Under the pieces are notes generated by a model, which was not told where the DNA came from, did no database searches, and was given only the letters and a program-made list of their open reading frames with translations. DNA of 62,859 bases, the filler included. It is 12 parts of 12 records of this genome, joined end to end, with 100 filler letters (N's around TTAATTAATTAA, not from the genome) between each part and the next. Parts side by side here need not be neighbours in the genome. Positions count along the whole stretch, not along the records: positions 45,064 to 49,939 come from SRR7504441_6233; positions 50,040 to 54,338 come from SRR7504441_6239; positions 54,439 to 58,453 come from SRR7504441_6242; 9 more parts are not named here. The stretch is one strand, 5' to 3'. The translations under genes were made by a program, and so were the position numbers. This document shows, one piece after another, positions 45,064 to 58,553 of this stretch (positions within the stretch are counted from its first letter, which is position 1; every line of letters starts with the position of its first letter).

Positions 45064-46606
45064 CGACACGACCACCGGGCTGTGCATCTCGCGCCGGCAC
45101 AGACGGTACACCGTTGTGAACAAGGACTGGAGTTTAATGAAGTATCCGTTCGACGAGCGCGAGGCGAAAGTCGAGTACTTCCTCGGCCACCGGATGCGGA
45201 TCCCCAGCCAGCCGCTCGCGGGGCTGGATGCGAGTGCGGGGCCGCTGGTTGAAACGTCAGCAGCTTCTAGTACGACAACCTCCTGTGGAGGGCGTGGCTT
45301 GATCTCGGAGAATCCTTCGATGCTAATGCTCCGGCCGGATCGGTGGTTCACCGATTCAGTGGTGCTCAATAATGGTACCCACATGATCAACGAAATGCTG
45401 AGGAGCTTCACCAGTCCTTGGATTGGGTGGGATCTGGAACCGTCGGTCACCTCGTTCGCAAATGGGGAATACGACTTGGCACCAAGGTGCAGGGACGAGA
45501 CGTGTGGTAGCACCACGCTCAAGATGACGCGCCGACCAAGACAAATTCTGCTGACGTCTGTGTTCCCCATGACCCTATGCTTTATGATTGCGTACTTCAC
45601 CTTCTACCTCAGCGTGTTACTATGGGAGCCACGGTGTGGGCTCGCTAGCTTGGGAACAGGTTCTGAATGGTGCCCTGTGCAGACTGGCGCTGGTTATCTT
45701 TACATTCCTGACTGGCGTCACCCTACTCAACATTGTGAAACGCAAGCTGCCCCCAGCATCCAACATGACACTGCTTGAGTGGTGCAATTGCAACTAGTCT
45801 GAGCGCTGACCAGGCTTCCAGGTACTTTTTTTTCAACTTGATCATGTTGGCTCTGATGGCAGTCTCCCACTGCGTTGTCCACTATCTGTATATGGCTCAA
45901 AACCTGTCCAAGCATTCCAAGTGTCTGGACTACACGATGAGAACAATCATGATCCCGCTCCACCTCTTCTCTTACCTCTTTGCATTCATGTTGGGCTTTG
46001 CCTCAAGCGAGAGACGGATTGTAAGCTGCCCATTCGCCGCAACTTACTGACTGGTTTCACAGTACGGGGTCGTTCTCGCTGGGCTGCTTATGGTAATCTT
46101 ATTTTCGGCCTCCTTCTGGGCTTGGTACCCTCGTGATGCAGGCATCTACCTGATAGTGTTCCCAACTGAACTGGTGGTCAGGAACCGAACAAAAGAAGCT
46201 GCCAGGCTTCGGTTTCGGCGCCTCTAAGCAAAAGTTCATCGACAGGTTTGAGAAGACTGGCCTGCAAGTGTTTATGCTGGGCTTTAATCTCTGTGCGGGG
46301 TGTCTGTGGCTTATTTGTGCAGCAATGTTCTGGGTCCTCGAGGTGGCACCTCAGGCCCTTGGCCAGGCGCTTAGTCTTGATTAGGTGGAGGTTGGTTATT
46401 GGATCTGGGCAATGCCGATTGTTCACTTTACTACTGCGTTGCTGTTTTACTACTACTGCAACACGACTAAATCAGCCACGCCTGAAGAAGACAATGACGT
46501 GCCACCCAGTGATGATGTAGAAAAAAAGGACATGCCTGAGGCGCATGCTGGCGGCAAACTCGCCGAAGATAATCCGGATGCGGACAGTGCAGCTGACGCA
46601 AGCTGA
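45064..46606 (+). CDS. Pentameric ligand-gated ion channel subunit (Cys-less Pro-loop) with 3 extra TM helices, 5' truncated
   Basis: WSLMKYPFD loop, MTRRP pre-M1, VFPM in M1, EPR|L at M2, LPPASNMTLLEW, LDYTMR before M4; five introns of 40-49 nt. Confidence 0.85.
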
Positions 46607-46718
46607 TGACTCCGAAGTGGGAGATAATTCCTACTCTTCGTGTTGGTAAAAATAACAGAAATATAACATTAAATGCAATGTCATATAAGCTGGCCAATAA
46701 AGTCGATTTATTCTAACC

Positions 46719-49571
46719 TCAATCGGCAGCTAGTGCCTTTACAAGGCTCCTCCTTTGATCCTCGTGGTCAATGGAAGATCCCGAGTAGGGCTCTGCGGTC
46801 TCTCCTGAGCTGCGTAGGTCTAATTCCTGCTCTATCGGCGAATCGTCTAATTCGCTATCGTCTTCCTGTCCCATCCGCAGCCCATCGCTTTCCCGTGGCG
46901 AGTCCGCCTCGCCATCATCTACTCCACTAGAGTCTGGATCAGACTGCTGCACTGGACCATCGCACGTGAGTTTCAGATCTAAGTCATCATCTGGGTCTTC
47001 GACTAGAGAGCTGATCAGGTCCTTATACCCAGCTACAGCGCTGTGTGCCGATCTGGAGGCTTTCCGCATGTGACGGATCGCTGGTGACCGTGGTGGGGGC
47101 GACGATGTGTCATTCCGGCTGGTTGGCGGCCTCCCTCCTTGCGGTGGGGGCGAGCCCAACTGCGCAAGCTGCCAGTATCGCTCAGCCAGCCAGCCAGCAG
47201 ATCAGGTACCTGAAGCAAGAAGCCATCTTCCTGCCCCGGCTCTGGCCTTGGGTTGGGAGATCCCGGCTGAGACGCAGGATTGCTTGCTGCAGAGCCGCCT
47301 ACCGCGTCCAGCAGCGACGAGCGGATTGAGCGCAGCACCCGGCACGAGTTGGCTGCTGTGCGCTGCCAGAGCGTTCAGGCCTGCATACGCACATGCGGCG
47401 CAAACCTGAAGCGTCGAGGCGCCGCGCGTGGCGTGACCGTCCTCGAAATATGACGACATCATCCGCGAGCTACCCAGCTGCACAGCACCAGCTCAGACCA
47501 GTGCAGAAGAGCCGCGTGTACAGTGTCGAGAAATGTGGCTTCTTGTGGCGAAGGCCGGCTGTAGTAGAACGGATTGTCAGAGAGGAACTGGTACTGATGC
47601 ACTCTGCACACCAGCGACCTGTTGCCCCACGCATCAGCTATGAGCACGGTGCAGGCCACCTGATATAGTCTTTCAAACTGGCTGTGGCCGAGTCCATCGC
47701 TGCAGTGAGCTCGGGCTCCAGTTTGAACAGCTTAGACTAGAGCCCATGTGAGTGCTGGCCAGGCTCGCCAGCGCACCCGGAGCATCTTGCGCCACGGCGT
47801 GGCGGCAGTGGGCAGCGCTGGCCGGAGCAGCTTCTTCAAGTGGTCCACAGCAGGCAGCGAGCACTGCTTGGCTAGCAGGTTCCATCCCTCTACCCTATCC
47901 TCCTGCAGGTAGACGTACACTGCATCCGGGATTTTAGATTTCCAAGATCCTCCAAACTGGCCACTCATCAGCTCTACGTACCAGCTGGCAACTCACCTCT
48001 GTGACACCGACAATGTACGGGACGGGTGCGTCGAAGAAGTGGTGCAGCTTGGCAGGCAGAATCGGGACAAACCTGGCACCCACTGTGGGAGGGACCGAGC
48101 CCACGTCTCACATGGACTGCCACTCGAGTGGTCGGATGAGCGTGACGAGCGCTAGAACAGCAGCCGAGAGCATCCCGGGGCAGCTGGCTATGAAGATCAC
48201 GCGTCGCTCGAGCAGAACCGACATGAGCACAAACAGGAACGAATCCATCGACAGGCATCGCAGCAGCAGTGAGCAACCATACCCAGTGAATAGCGGCGTG
48301 TATTGGTACGGTGAGTAGGCAGCACAACTGACGTTGATCTGCCCCATGTCTTCGAACGGCTTGAAGCTCACCTCGGTCCCGGCGAAGAGCAATTGCCGCT
48401 CCGAAAGCTGCCCACCCCGCCTGAGCCCGGGCCTGAACTCCGGGCTGCCTGCTCGAGCATGCGTATTGCCGCTGCTCGTTCTGCAGCGACCAGCTGCCCT
48501 CGCACCTGGCCGGCCCTCGCCCGACTCGGGGGACCGTGCGCACCTCGGCTTCTGACACGGCGAACAGGCTCACTTTGAGCAAGCGACCTCGGTCCAGCAG
48601 CGTGTAGAGCGCAGCAAACAGCAGCTGGAGCGCTGGCACCTAGCCAGCGATCACCCAAGCGTGTCCAGGGCCAGCACTCGTGTGAGGAAGCAGTAGCAGC
48701 GATTGGCCGCGTGCAGCGGCTTGGACTTGGGCGGTGGATAGACGAAGCGGGTAGGGAGTTCGAGGAATGATGCGCCTGCCCAAACTGATTGCGTCGCATA
48801 GCCAACCAGCACTGACCGTCCTCCAGCAGCTCATTGTTGTACACACACACTCCGTACAGGTCGCCGGCCAGCCCCGAGAACTGGAACACGTGCGACATGC
48901 TCGGGCAATCCGGCTCGGTGTGGCTGCACGCAGTCAGCCTTCGCCGGCAGCCAGCGCAACGCACCCAAACATGAAGCTGGACAGGTCAGAATCGGACTGA
49001 GAACGCCGGAGCGCCCGGGTCTGTGCCCCGGCTCAGTGGGTTCGGCGGGAGGGGTGCCTTGACGCCGCTCGGGAAGCAGAAGCTCGGGATATCTACCCGG
49101 CCCTGCAACTCGCAGTCGCCGGCCCTCCGGAGCCCTGGCCACTTGTGAGGCCCGCCAGCTGCGGCTGGGCACCAGGCGCGGTGAAGTGGTACAGCACGCT
49201 CGGCTCGGGCTCGTCTGGAGTCTCCCCGTCCATACCGACCTGTAGGCTCGGCTCGGGCCAGCGGAGGCCCCGCGGCGGGGTACGATCATGAAGTGGTCGA
49301 ACAACGGACGGTCCGAGCTGTCCCCGTGGTGCTCCAGCAGCCCCGGCACCGCCCGCTCCAGCCGCTCGCGCTGCCCCGGCCCGTGAGCCCCGCCAGCCTG
49401 CTGCCGCACCTCCGACTCGAGACCCCGCACCGCCGCGCCCACCGCCCCCACCAAATCGGAGTCCGGACGGGGGCTGGCCGGGCCGTTGGTCGGAGTGCCC
49501 GGTGGGCCATCTCGCAGCGCGGGGGCGCGCATCGGAGATGCGGGGCAACTCTGCGGCGCCCTGCTCTCCAT
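46719..49571 (-). CDS. DENN-domain Rab GEF, many introns
   Basis: LFDHFMI, FCFPSG, HVFQFSGLAGDLYGVCV, LLERRVIFIAS, LIRPLEWQ, FVPILP..L..FFDAPVPYIVG. Confidence 0.9.
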
Positions 49572-49631
49572 CCTCTCGCGCTACCCTAGGTCATGTCGGG
49601 CCCCGACTGCGCCCACCAACTTCGAGCTGGC

Positions 49632-49638
49632 CAACGGA
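49632..49638. promoter_or_regulatory. YAACGGA motif in divergent promoter
   Basis: CAACGGA centred in the 123-bp gap between ATGs at 49571(-) and 49695(+). Confidence 0.5.
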
Positions 49639-49694
49639 AACAGAAGCGGGCACTTGGAGCACTGGAGACGTCTCCAAGCCCGGGGGCGGCATCA

Positions 49695-49939
49695 ATGGAG
49701 GCCAAGCCCGGGGACATACCGCCCCGGCCGCTCACGATCCGGCTGACCGGCCCGCGGGGCACCAGCCGGCTCCAAGTAGACCACACGGCCAGCGCGGGCG
49801 ATCTGTTCGCGGCGGCGGAGGCCGCTCTGAACAGCGTCCCGGGGTCACTCGCCCTCTCGTTCGACCTCCCGGGGAAGCGCCAGCTGGCCCGGGACGGCCA
49901 ATCGCTCCGGCAGTGTGGGCTGGCGCACGGGGATCAGGT
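49695..49939 (+). CDS. Ubiquitin-like (NPL4 N-terminal type) domain protein, 5' fragment
   Basis: LTIRLTGPRGTSRLQV...SLRQCGLAHGDQ resembles the UN_NPL4 domain. Confidence 0.6.
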
Positions 49940-50039
49940 NNNNNNNNNNNNNNNNNNNNNNNNNNNNNNNNNNNNNNNNNNNNTTAATTAATTAANNNNN
50001 NNNNNNNNNNNNNNNNNNNNNNNNNNNNNNNNNNNNNNN

Positions 50040-51575
50040 GCCTCATCATGCCACCCAAGTGAGTGCCGGGGGTGGGGACTCGAGTGGGCTGATCGCTGGT
50101 TGGTCGCAGGGGGCGCAGCGCTGGCCGCGGCGCAGGCAAGGTGGCAAGGCCAGGGTCGCGCCCTCAGTCTGATTTTTGCGTTCGTGCAGCCTGCGGAAGT
50201 GGTGGAAGGCGCAGAGGTTGAGATGGGCGGGATCATGCTGAGGGCCGTCAAACAGCCGAACGGCACCATCGTATACAAGCCCGTCGCAGAGCTCGACAAA
50301 GCCGCGGGTGAGCTGCCGCCGAGTGAACCACGTCAGTTTAATTGACTGGCGAATGCAGCGGCTGCTAACCAGGCAAAGAAGTCCGAGAAGGCCTGGCTGA
50401 AGGAGAAGCAGCGCCAGGTGACCGGCACCGCCTGTCGGCCGCTGCATTCGGCCCCACAGGTCGTGCAAGCTCGCGATGCTCAGGGCCGCGAGAATCGCCG
50501 CAACGAGCAGAAACGGAACGCCAAAACCTACGGAGCCAGCGAAATATACACGCGGCGGAACGATCGGCAGGGCCAAGTCCGCGTGGAAGTGTCGAAATAT
50601 CTGGCCGACCTGCGGCTCGAAGAGGAGCAGGCGCGACACGCGCAAAAGGATGTGAAAAAGCCCCAGGAGTACCGGCTCATTAAGGAGGCTCTCGACGCCG
50701 AGGAGGCAAAATACCAGCAGGTCCGCATCACCAGCTCTGCCTTGCTCACCCGCCTGATTGGTGCAGAAAGTGATCAAAGCGCGTGAGGCAGCGTACGCCC
50801 GCACCCGGAGACGGATGGGAGTCCGGGGCCGAGGTGAACAGGTGCTCACAGCACTCGGAGTGGCCGTGGTCTGACCCGCAAGCAGGGTGAGAGCTCTGAT
50901 GAGGATGAGGACCAGGAGCTCTCTGCCGATCAATTTCGCAAGCTCTGTCAGGTGTGTAGCCCTGCATCTGCTCTCCCGACTGTGGAGTGCAGGCCAGGAA
51001 TGAGTCGGCAAACCAAGATTTGGCGCAATCGGGGGCCAAGCTCACCAAGCCTGTCGAAAGCGCGGCCGAGAGTGACTTCCCTAGCAGCTTGAGAGCATAC
51101 TGCTGACTAGCTCGTGGCAGTCAAAAAGGCACACAAGAAGCAGCCGGTCCCTGCAGCAATGCGGTCCGATAACAGGAGCAATCACAACAACCACGCGAGG
51201 CCAATAAAGCAAAGCACTGGATATGTGGACCCGTACTCGCTGGCAGCCCAGGAACAGGCTGCTGCAGAAGCTGAAAAGTGGCAGGCACTCAAGGTGTGCG
51301 CTCCTGCCTGGTTGCTGCTGATTCTCGTATACACTCCATCTGCACAGCACTGACATTTGGGTTTTGCTCAGGAGGAATCTGATATGTCAGCCCACAATCG
51401 CGAACAATCCAATGGTGAAGGCAAGAAGGGTAAAGGCGGCCGCAACCGGAACAACCGTAGGCGCGACGGCAAGGGCAAAGGTGGAGGCAAGGGCAAAGGT
51501 GGAGGCAAGGGTGGTTCTAATCAGAGTGGCAAGGGTGGTCGACAACGGGGCCAGCCAGCAGGGAACGGATCATGA
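50040..51575 (+). CDS. Uncharacterised basic coiled-coil protein with GK-rich tail, multi-exon, 5' truncated
   Basis: Successive coding-like segments separated by ~40-nt GT-AG gaps, ending GKGKGGGKGK...AGNGS*. Confidence 0.55.
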
Positions 51576-52090
51576 CTTAATTCCCCCTGGTTGAGAGCAA
51601 CAAGGATCTCACAGGAGCAGGAGCACCATGCATGAATACGAGCAGCTTGCCGACGTCCCATGGTGGAAAAGATGGGCAATCACACCATACGATCGTGTGT
51701 GATTCAAGTGCAGCCACTGCATGTGCAAGGAGGGCACTAAGCGGATTCTCCGAGGCCCCAAACGAGTTCGCACCTTTGCCGAGAGCTTATGTACAATACC
51801 TCCTAAAGCGACAATGTCGAGGTTCGGAGGTTCAGCGTAGATTCTAGGTTGTTCTAGGGATGCAAACGACTCACTTAGAGGTTGATAAAAGACCGGCTTA
51901 CATTTTGTATATTAATTTTCATGCTGAGCACTATTTGCATGCATGCATGAGCACTCTGCGTGTGGAAAAGCGAGGAGCTCTTTGATTTCCATGGGTCACA
52001 CAGCCCGCTGTGCATACTGCAGACGTGAGAGCTGACTCGCTACGTGCACCAGCCTCCAGGAACGGGCCCTCCCGCTCACCTGCAGCAGCC

Positions 52091-52828
52091 ATGATGCAGG
52101 CTCGATCTTCGGTGGATTCGTGGCTGCTTGGGGCACGACCATGGCAGGAGGTCAGCGTTGAGGTGAAGGCTGCGAAGCCAGCCGCCAGGGTGTCTGCACC
52201 TTATCAGGCGGTGCGATAGCGCCCCTGCAACATGCCTGAGCAGCACTTGTACAGGCTATCGAATCCGAAGCTGATCGGCATCGCAGGGTCGGAAAGGAAC
52301 ACAAGCGCGGCGCCAAGAAGCGGGACACGTCGCGGCGCACCTCGGCGACAACCACAGGCTATGGCAGTTGCCACAAGGGCTGAGGGCAAGCACCAACTCA
52401 CAGACTGGCCATTGCGAACACGCCAAGGAGAGTGAGAACAAGAGTCCTCGATCAAAGTTAAAAAGTGTGGAGGTGACTACCCCAAGCCTAAGCCGAATCC
52501 TTAAGCTCTGTATAGATGCTGGCACTGCTCAAGAGGTTTGACCTCACTCGAGAGTCAGTAGCAGCCAATGCGGTTCCACCCAATGAGGTGTCCACCCCTT
52601 GATTAGCAGTAGCCCTTGTAAGCTTTGCACCTGTTCCAGGCAAAAGCACGAGTCAAGGACCTTCTCGTGACAACGCACACTGGATCTTTCAATCGCGATC
52701 ACCATGACGTTATAGAGGATGGTGGACCTTTGTCCTCGACTTCTCACTGCTCTGAGGTGCATCATAAGGGCTCTGAATCATCAGAACATGCCAAAGTTGA
52801 TTCTTTACGATCAAGATACTTGCTTTAA
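52091..52828 (+). CDS. Possible small multi-exon gene, unknown
   Basis: Coding-like segments ending ...HAKVDSLRSRYLL*; exon structure not resolved. Confidence 0.3.
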
Positions 52829-52948
52829 CGCTCTCATTTAATAGAGGAGATCATGTACAGCTACAAGTGTAATTCATCATCGGTGTCAGCTTTGAAACGC
52901 TTTATAGCTAAAGTGCTCATCAGTTTGAACATGACTATTACACTACTA

Positions 52949-54338
52949 TTACACTTCGCTTTTCCGTCCAAACAGCCGCGAAAAAAGTTCCTCGGTGACG
53001 GGTGGCATTTGAAAACCAGTGGCATACATGTAATTAACAAGCTTTTGATGCACTTGGTATCGAATCTTGCGACCTTTGCTTGCTCGAGTGTCTACCTGCA
53101 TCCACAGGGATTAGATGGAACAGATCGTGCTTTTCACCTGAGGCTTGGACTTTTTAATCAAAGTCCGTCCATTCAAAGCTGCCTGGAGCGAAGCTACACC
53201 CCATCCTCAGCCATGTTTCACTCAAGGGCACTTACTCTGCGACCCAGTGTCAATTAATTCTTGCAACAGCCGTTCATAAAAGTCTGTGTCGTCAAATATG
53301 CATTCGTTATACTGCTGCAAGTGACTGTCGCGTGTGTCTTTCGTAGATGCACCCGGTGATGGCGCATCCAGGTCCCCTATGATCTTGTACTCACTTCGCT
53401 TGAGCTGAGTCCGTTTGACGAGTCTCTCCATGTCTGAAAGCACCTCCTTCACCTGCATAGCCAGAATAAAAGTCACTCCAAATCTCAAGCCGGACCTGCT
53501 CCATTGGTCCCTTTGACAAAGTCTGAAATGCTTTGCCACCTCGCATCTGCTGTGAGGCCATAGTTTTTTGTCCCCACCTGCACAGGAACAAAGTCCAGCA
53601 GACAGGACATAATTTTACTGACCACGTGACTTGCTCCTCACGCCACGATCGCGATGCCTCGTAGCCATCTTCGATCAGCATCCACAAGGCCTCAGGCTCC
53701 TGCCGACCAACCACTCACTCAACTCAATTTTGCTAAAGGCTACCAGCACATCCTCATTCTGGTTCTCGGATCCACCTGGCTGAGCTTTGCTCAAGGCATC
53801 CCCAAGCTTTTGCAAATCGCTCACAGTAGAAGCGGCCACCTGTGGCACGTGAGTATGTTGACTCGCGCTGAAACACCTGTTGAACTCGCTGGAGTCGCTT
53901 CTCGACCTCCGGGTCAGCTCGAAACGCATCCAACACTTCCGGCTTTGGCATCCGGTTCGCACAACTCAAGCATCCCTTGTTCGCAGCACGACCATCACAC
54001 AACGGCTCGCCAGAGCTGGTTACCTGAAGTGATATTCTAAGCTCGAGTAGTGAAGTCCACAACCTCTTCTGCTCTCTGCAGCCACAATCATGTCTGCTGG
54101 TACCCGATCGGCCAACCTTACAGCTGCAGCCTGCTCGAGTTCCGCTGAGTTCACGGTCGAGATCCTGGCCAGCACCTGCAGCATTGATCAATCTACGTCT
54201 CTTTCGGCTGCTCGGGCCACCTGTTTCTCCTCCTCCCTCAGCTGCTCCAGCTCCTTCTCAAATTTATCCATACCAGCCGCTGGTCCGTCGCCGTCGTCCA
54301 GTCCGTCCTCCTCCTCCTCCTCGTCGTCGTCGTCGTCG
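52949..54338 (-). CDS. AATF: AATF/Bfr2 ribosome biogenesis factor, 5' truncated
   Basis: Acidic N-terminal tract, QKRLWTSLLELRISLQ, IFDDTDFYERLLQELI, VDTRASKGRKIRYQVHQKLVNYM, ELFSRLFG. Confidence 0.93.
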
Positions 54339-54438
54339 NNNNNNNNNNNNNNNNNNNNNNNNNNNNNNNNNNNNNNNNNNNNTTAATTAATTAANNNNNN
54401 NNNNNNNNNNNNNNNNNNNNNNNNNNNNNNNNNNNNNN

Positions 54439-57400
54439 GTTTTGCAAAACGGTGCACTTGATTCACCTCTCGTTCAGCTATCTGTCATCCCCACCCGTTT
54501 AACAGATGTTAGCGCCAACAGCAGTTCTGCTTCTGCTTTGGATGACATGGATCGACGATACCGGGCATGGTCTGCACACCTTTCTATCCACGCCAGTGAA
54601 GCCCAAGAAGCTAGTATCCATCTTTCAGATGGAGACAGCACTTGGTCTCTCAGTAACAGTGGCGCTCTGCAAATCGGGAAGGGACCGGATGTGGATTCGG
54701 CAATCTCACTTGAGACGCAAGAGTGCTCCATTCAAAGCACCCTGTTCCCTGCATTTGGTTTGAATTCTGATGATGCTAGTGGCGAACAGGCAGTAAGTGC
54801 ATCAGACTGCTTCAGCTCAACTCTCACCGTGCCTGGCGAGCAGACAAGCCTGCACTTTGCCCACGGCCATGAAAACATATTCTCCATCTCACAAGATTTT
54901 AATGAACTAAAACTTGCGTCTGCTGATGACTATTCTTTGCACGTTCGCGATACTCCCGATCAATTGGATATAGCACTGGTTTCAACAATGGAGGCGCATC
55001 TTGTGGTAAGTGCAAATCAAAGTTCGACAGTCTCGCTTCATGCATCAGAAGCTATGTATCAGCTGTCTCATGATTCGTCTTCACAAGCCCTCAGAATACA
55101 CTCATCTCTTGGTGATACTCCCTTTGTCCTCTCACAAGGCACAGACAACAGTGATACATCAGCAGAAATTACCTCCGGCCTCACCATAGAGGCAGCTCCT
55201 GGCGCTGAATCTCAGATTGTTCTAAGCAGAGACCAATTCAACAGCATGTGGAAAATACGTGGCAGGCAAGACACGTTGCATTTTGCCAATGGAGATTCAA
55301 GCGCACCGCTCATCTGGCATTCACCGCTAACTGGCAATCGCACTGAGCTCGTCATCAGCTCGACTGGGCACGCTGCAGCCTTCCTTGGTGGCTCTGAAAG
55401 TAGTGTGACACTTGGAAAACGTGATCAATTCACCCTCAAGAGCGCTGATGGCAAAATGGCATTAGCCCGAAATAAGATTCCCCTCATGCATGTGGATACA
55501 GACCTGGTTAGCGACACACGGTCGCTTGCGGTGGTTTCTCCCAAGGATAACGATCCTGTTTCGCTTGTGTTGGTCTCCGGGAGTTCAAGCTCTAGCATCA
55601 GAGCTCGGGATGCTTCGCAGCTGCAGATTGGCCAGGGATTAAAGCTACACTCAGAACCGGTCGCTGGACAGAGTCAAAAAGATGCCTGGGATACGATCCT
55701 CTCTGTAGAGTCATCGCCTTCTGGACGACCGAGGCTTGAATTGGTCAGTGGTGCAGGCGGCTCGACCTTAGAATTGGACAGTGTCAAGCACACACTACAG
55801 GTGGGTCCAGCAGGGGCTGCCGACACACTTACCATAGGAGGTCTGAATCGTCAGAAGTCTGAATCGTCAGACAATGTGCGGCTGGCAAGTCAAGACACAG
55901 GAGCAAATGTAATTCTCCAGGCTGCAGATCGCGCCACTGTGAACATTGGCAAGCATATGCGACTCCAAGTAGATGCAGATGGTTTGAATATGATTTCGGA
56001 GGGACAAATACACCTGAAACCTAGAGGCCTTGACCTCAAAGTGGAGCACCTAGACCTTTCGGGAATGCAGTTGCAGCGTCATGGCATTGCAAGCACATTG
56101 TCAGATTATACCGCTTGGAGAGCAGGTGGTGGTTTCGACTTTGCGACTGGTGGCGTTCTTGACACTTCCAGTCGCCGCCTTCGGGTGAGCAGTGTCACCA
56201 AGACGCTACTGGAGGCTGACCAGCTCCGTTTTCTTGTTGGGTTCAACATACCAATCAGCCTGGAAGGACCCATGCAACTAGTGTCAAATTCACCGCAGAT
56301 CCGAGATCAAGTGTTGTCATCTGGACCAATTACAGCAAAGAGCGACCAAATCCTGGTACGTGCTCGCGACCAGCTTGAGTTGCACGCTGCAACTGATCTA
56401 ATGATCCAAGGAACCTCCCTGTCCCTCCATCCTGGTTTGAACGCAAATGTAGCAATCACGGGTAGACTCCTTGTTGGAGACAGGGAGAGCGGAGTGAACT
56501 TCGAGGGTTCTCGCATCCTGTCCGAGGATCGCCTCCACGACTTTGAGTTTCGGTCTGCCGGTGGTCTGCACTTTGGGACCGGTAAAGCGACCTTGCAAGC
56601 AAAGCTCACAGGCAGTGAGCTCCAAGTCAGTGGGGAGCCTCGATTTTCTGCAGGGCAACTAGCTGACCTGAGTGCAGGCCAGATAGAAATTGATGCTGAG
56701 ATTGATACCGGCCCAATACGTTTCGCTGGAGAAAAGGTCACATTGAATGACCATCACAGTACAAAGGCGATGCATCTTACAGGAGGGAATCGCCTCGCAC
56801 TCAAAAGCACAGCAGATTCCTTTATAAATGCAAATGCTGCACTTTTGTCTGGTCAAAGCGAATCCAGCATAGCAGCGCCAACTATCCGTGTTCGAGCTCG
56901 ATCTCACAATTCCCTCATCAAAATTCCTTCTTTACTTCGAAATGCTGACAGTCGTGTGGAGGTCGATGGTACAAGTGTGCAATCGGCTGAAAAGGCTCAT
57001 CTGAGCTCAGATCGGGGATTTATGATCCGTTCAGAGGCAGCAGTTAACATTTTCAGCACAGAATTGTCGACACGTGCCCAAGATATAAGATTGAAAGCAA
57101 CTGCAATCAAGTCATCTACTGGTATTAACCAAGACCTCGCTGCTGTGCTGCAAGGAGGCCACGTGCGAGCTGATGATGTAATCATGGATGGCTCGGGTCT
57201 ACATCTAAACAGCCCAAAAGGCGCTTCTTTCACATCAAATCATGACATTACAGCAAGAGCAGAGACTGTGCATTACGATACAGATGAACTGGTGTTGGAG
57301 AGTGGTGAGCACATGTCAATTGCTGCAGCCAGCCTCAAGCTGTCTGCGAATGGCATTGAACTCCAAAGCTCTGAGGGTATAACCATTGATAGCATCGTCA

Positions 57401-58453
57401 TGGACGGAAGCAGGCTTGAAACAGAAACAATCTCACACAAGAGAGTCTCCATCAAATCTGAGAACGAGGCCGCAGTTGCAAGCAGCAAGGACTTGCAAGT
57501 GAGCGCTGGCAATCTACTGGTCGAGAGCAGCGACATCAACGTTCGTGCCCCAATGGTGACGACAGAACACTATGTTTTAATCAAGGAAGCACTCTTCTTG
57601 GATGGTCGAACAGTCGAGACGTTGGACAAAATGAAGGGGCTGGACATTCGAGGAGGCAGCACTTTACTTTCTGGACACCACCTCGGAGGTTCAGCGCAAA
57701 CAATCGAAGCGGTTGCCAACGAACGCATCACACTAGCTGCCCACGGCCTCTCTTCAGAAAGTGGTCAGCTCGAGGTATTGACAAGCGGCGGCGCCCTGAA
57801 AGTAGATGGTAGTCTGTTTCAAGGTTCGCAAGTCAAGCAAGTGAACCGTATCGCTGCCTCTAACCTTGATATTAAGTCTTCAGAGGCAGCAATCCTGTCC
57901 TCAGACAGCATGTTCGTTCAATCCTCAAGGGTAGTAATTGAAGCAGAGAATGGCGTTGAGCTCAAGTCGACGCGTGTGAAACTGACCGATTCAGGTGTAG
58001 CTGTATCTGGACATCTGCTGTTAGATGCCAACACACTGTCCTCACAGACTGGACTGAATCTCGATAGCACCCATCTACAGCTCATGGCACCAGAAATACA
58101 AATGCATGCGCCCTTAAACCTGAAAAGCGACAGAAGGACTCTGCTCTCAAGTCCATCATGGGAACTGATCAGTTCTAAAGAGAGTATCATCCTGCAGAGT
58201 GGGCCTGGGCCAACTCTCTTAGATGGCAACACCAAAGTGCAAGGAGGACGAATAATTGGCGGGACAGAGGTAGCGCCATGGCGACTAAAATCCAAAAGTG
58301 GAGTCACTATTACAGCTCCTGAGATGATAAAGCTTGATGGTCAGAGCATCCTTGTGGGTGATATGACCTCGAATTTAGAACTAGCGTCAAGAGGACGTAT
58401 TCTAATTGAGGGCGACATGACCCACTTTGCATTGGGAGGCGGGAGCCTGAACG
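54439..58453 (+). CDS. Large beta-strand-rich repetitive protein, open at both ends (>1330 aa)
   Basis: Uninterrupted 4-kb frame filling the contig; Ser/Gly/Leu/Ile-rich short alternating strands; only 2 Cys; lower GC and no introns. Confidence 0.8.
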
Positions 58454-58553
58454 NNNNNNNNNNNNNNNNNNNNNNNNNNNNNNNNNNNNNNNNNNNNTTA
58501 ATTAATTAANNNNNNNNNNNNNNNNNNNNNNNNNNNNNNNNNNNNNNNNNNNN

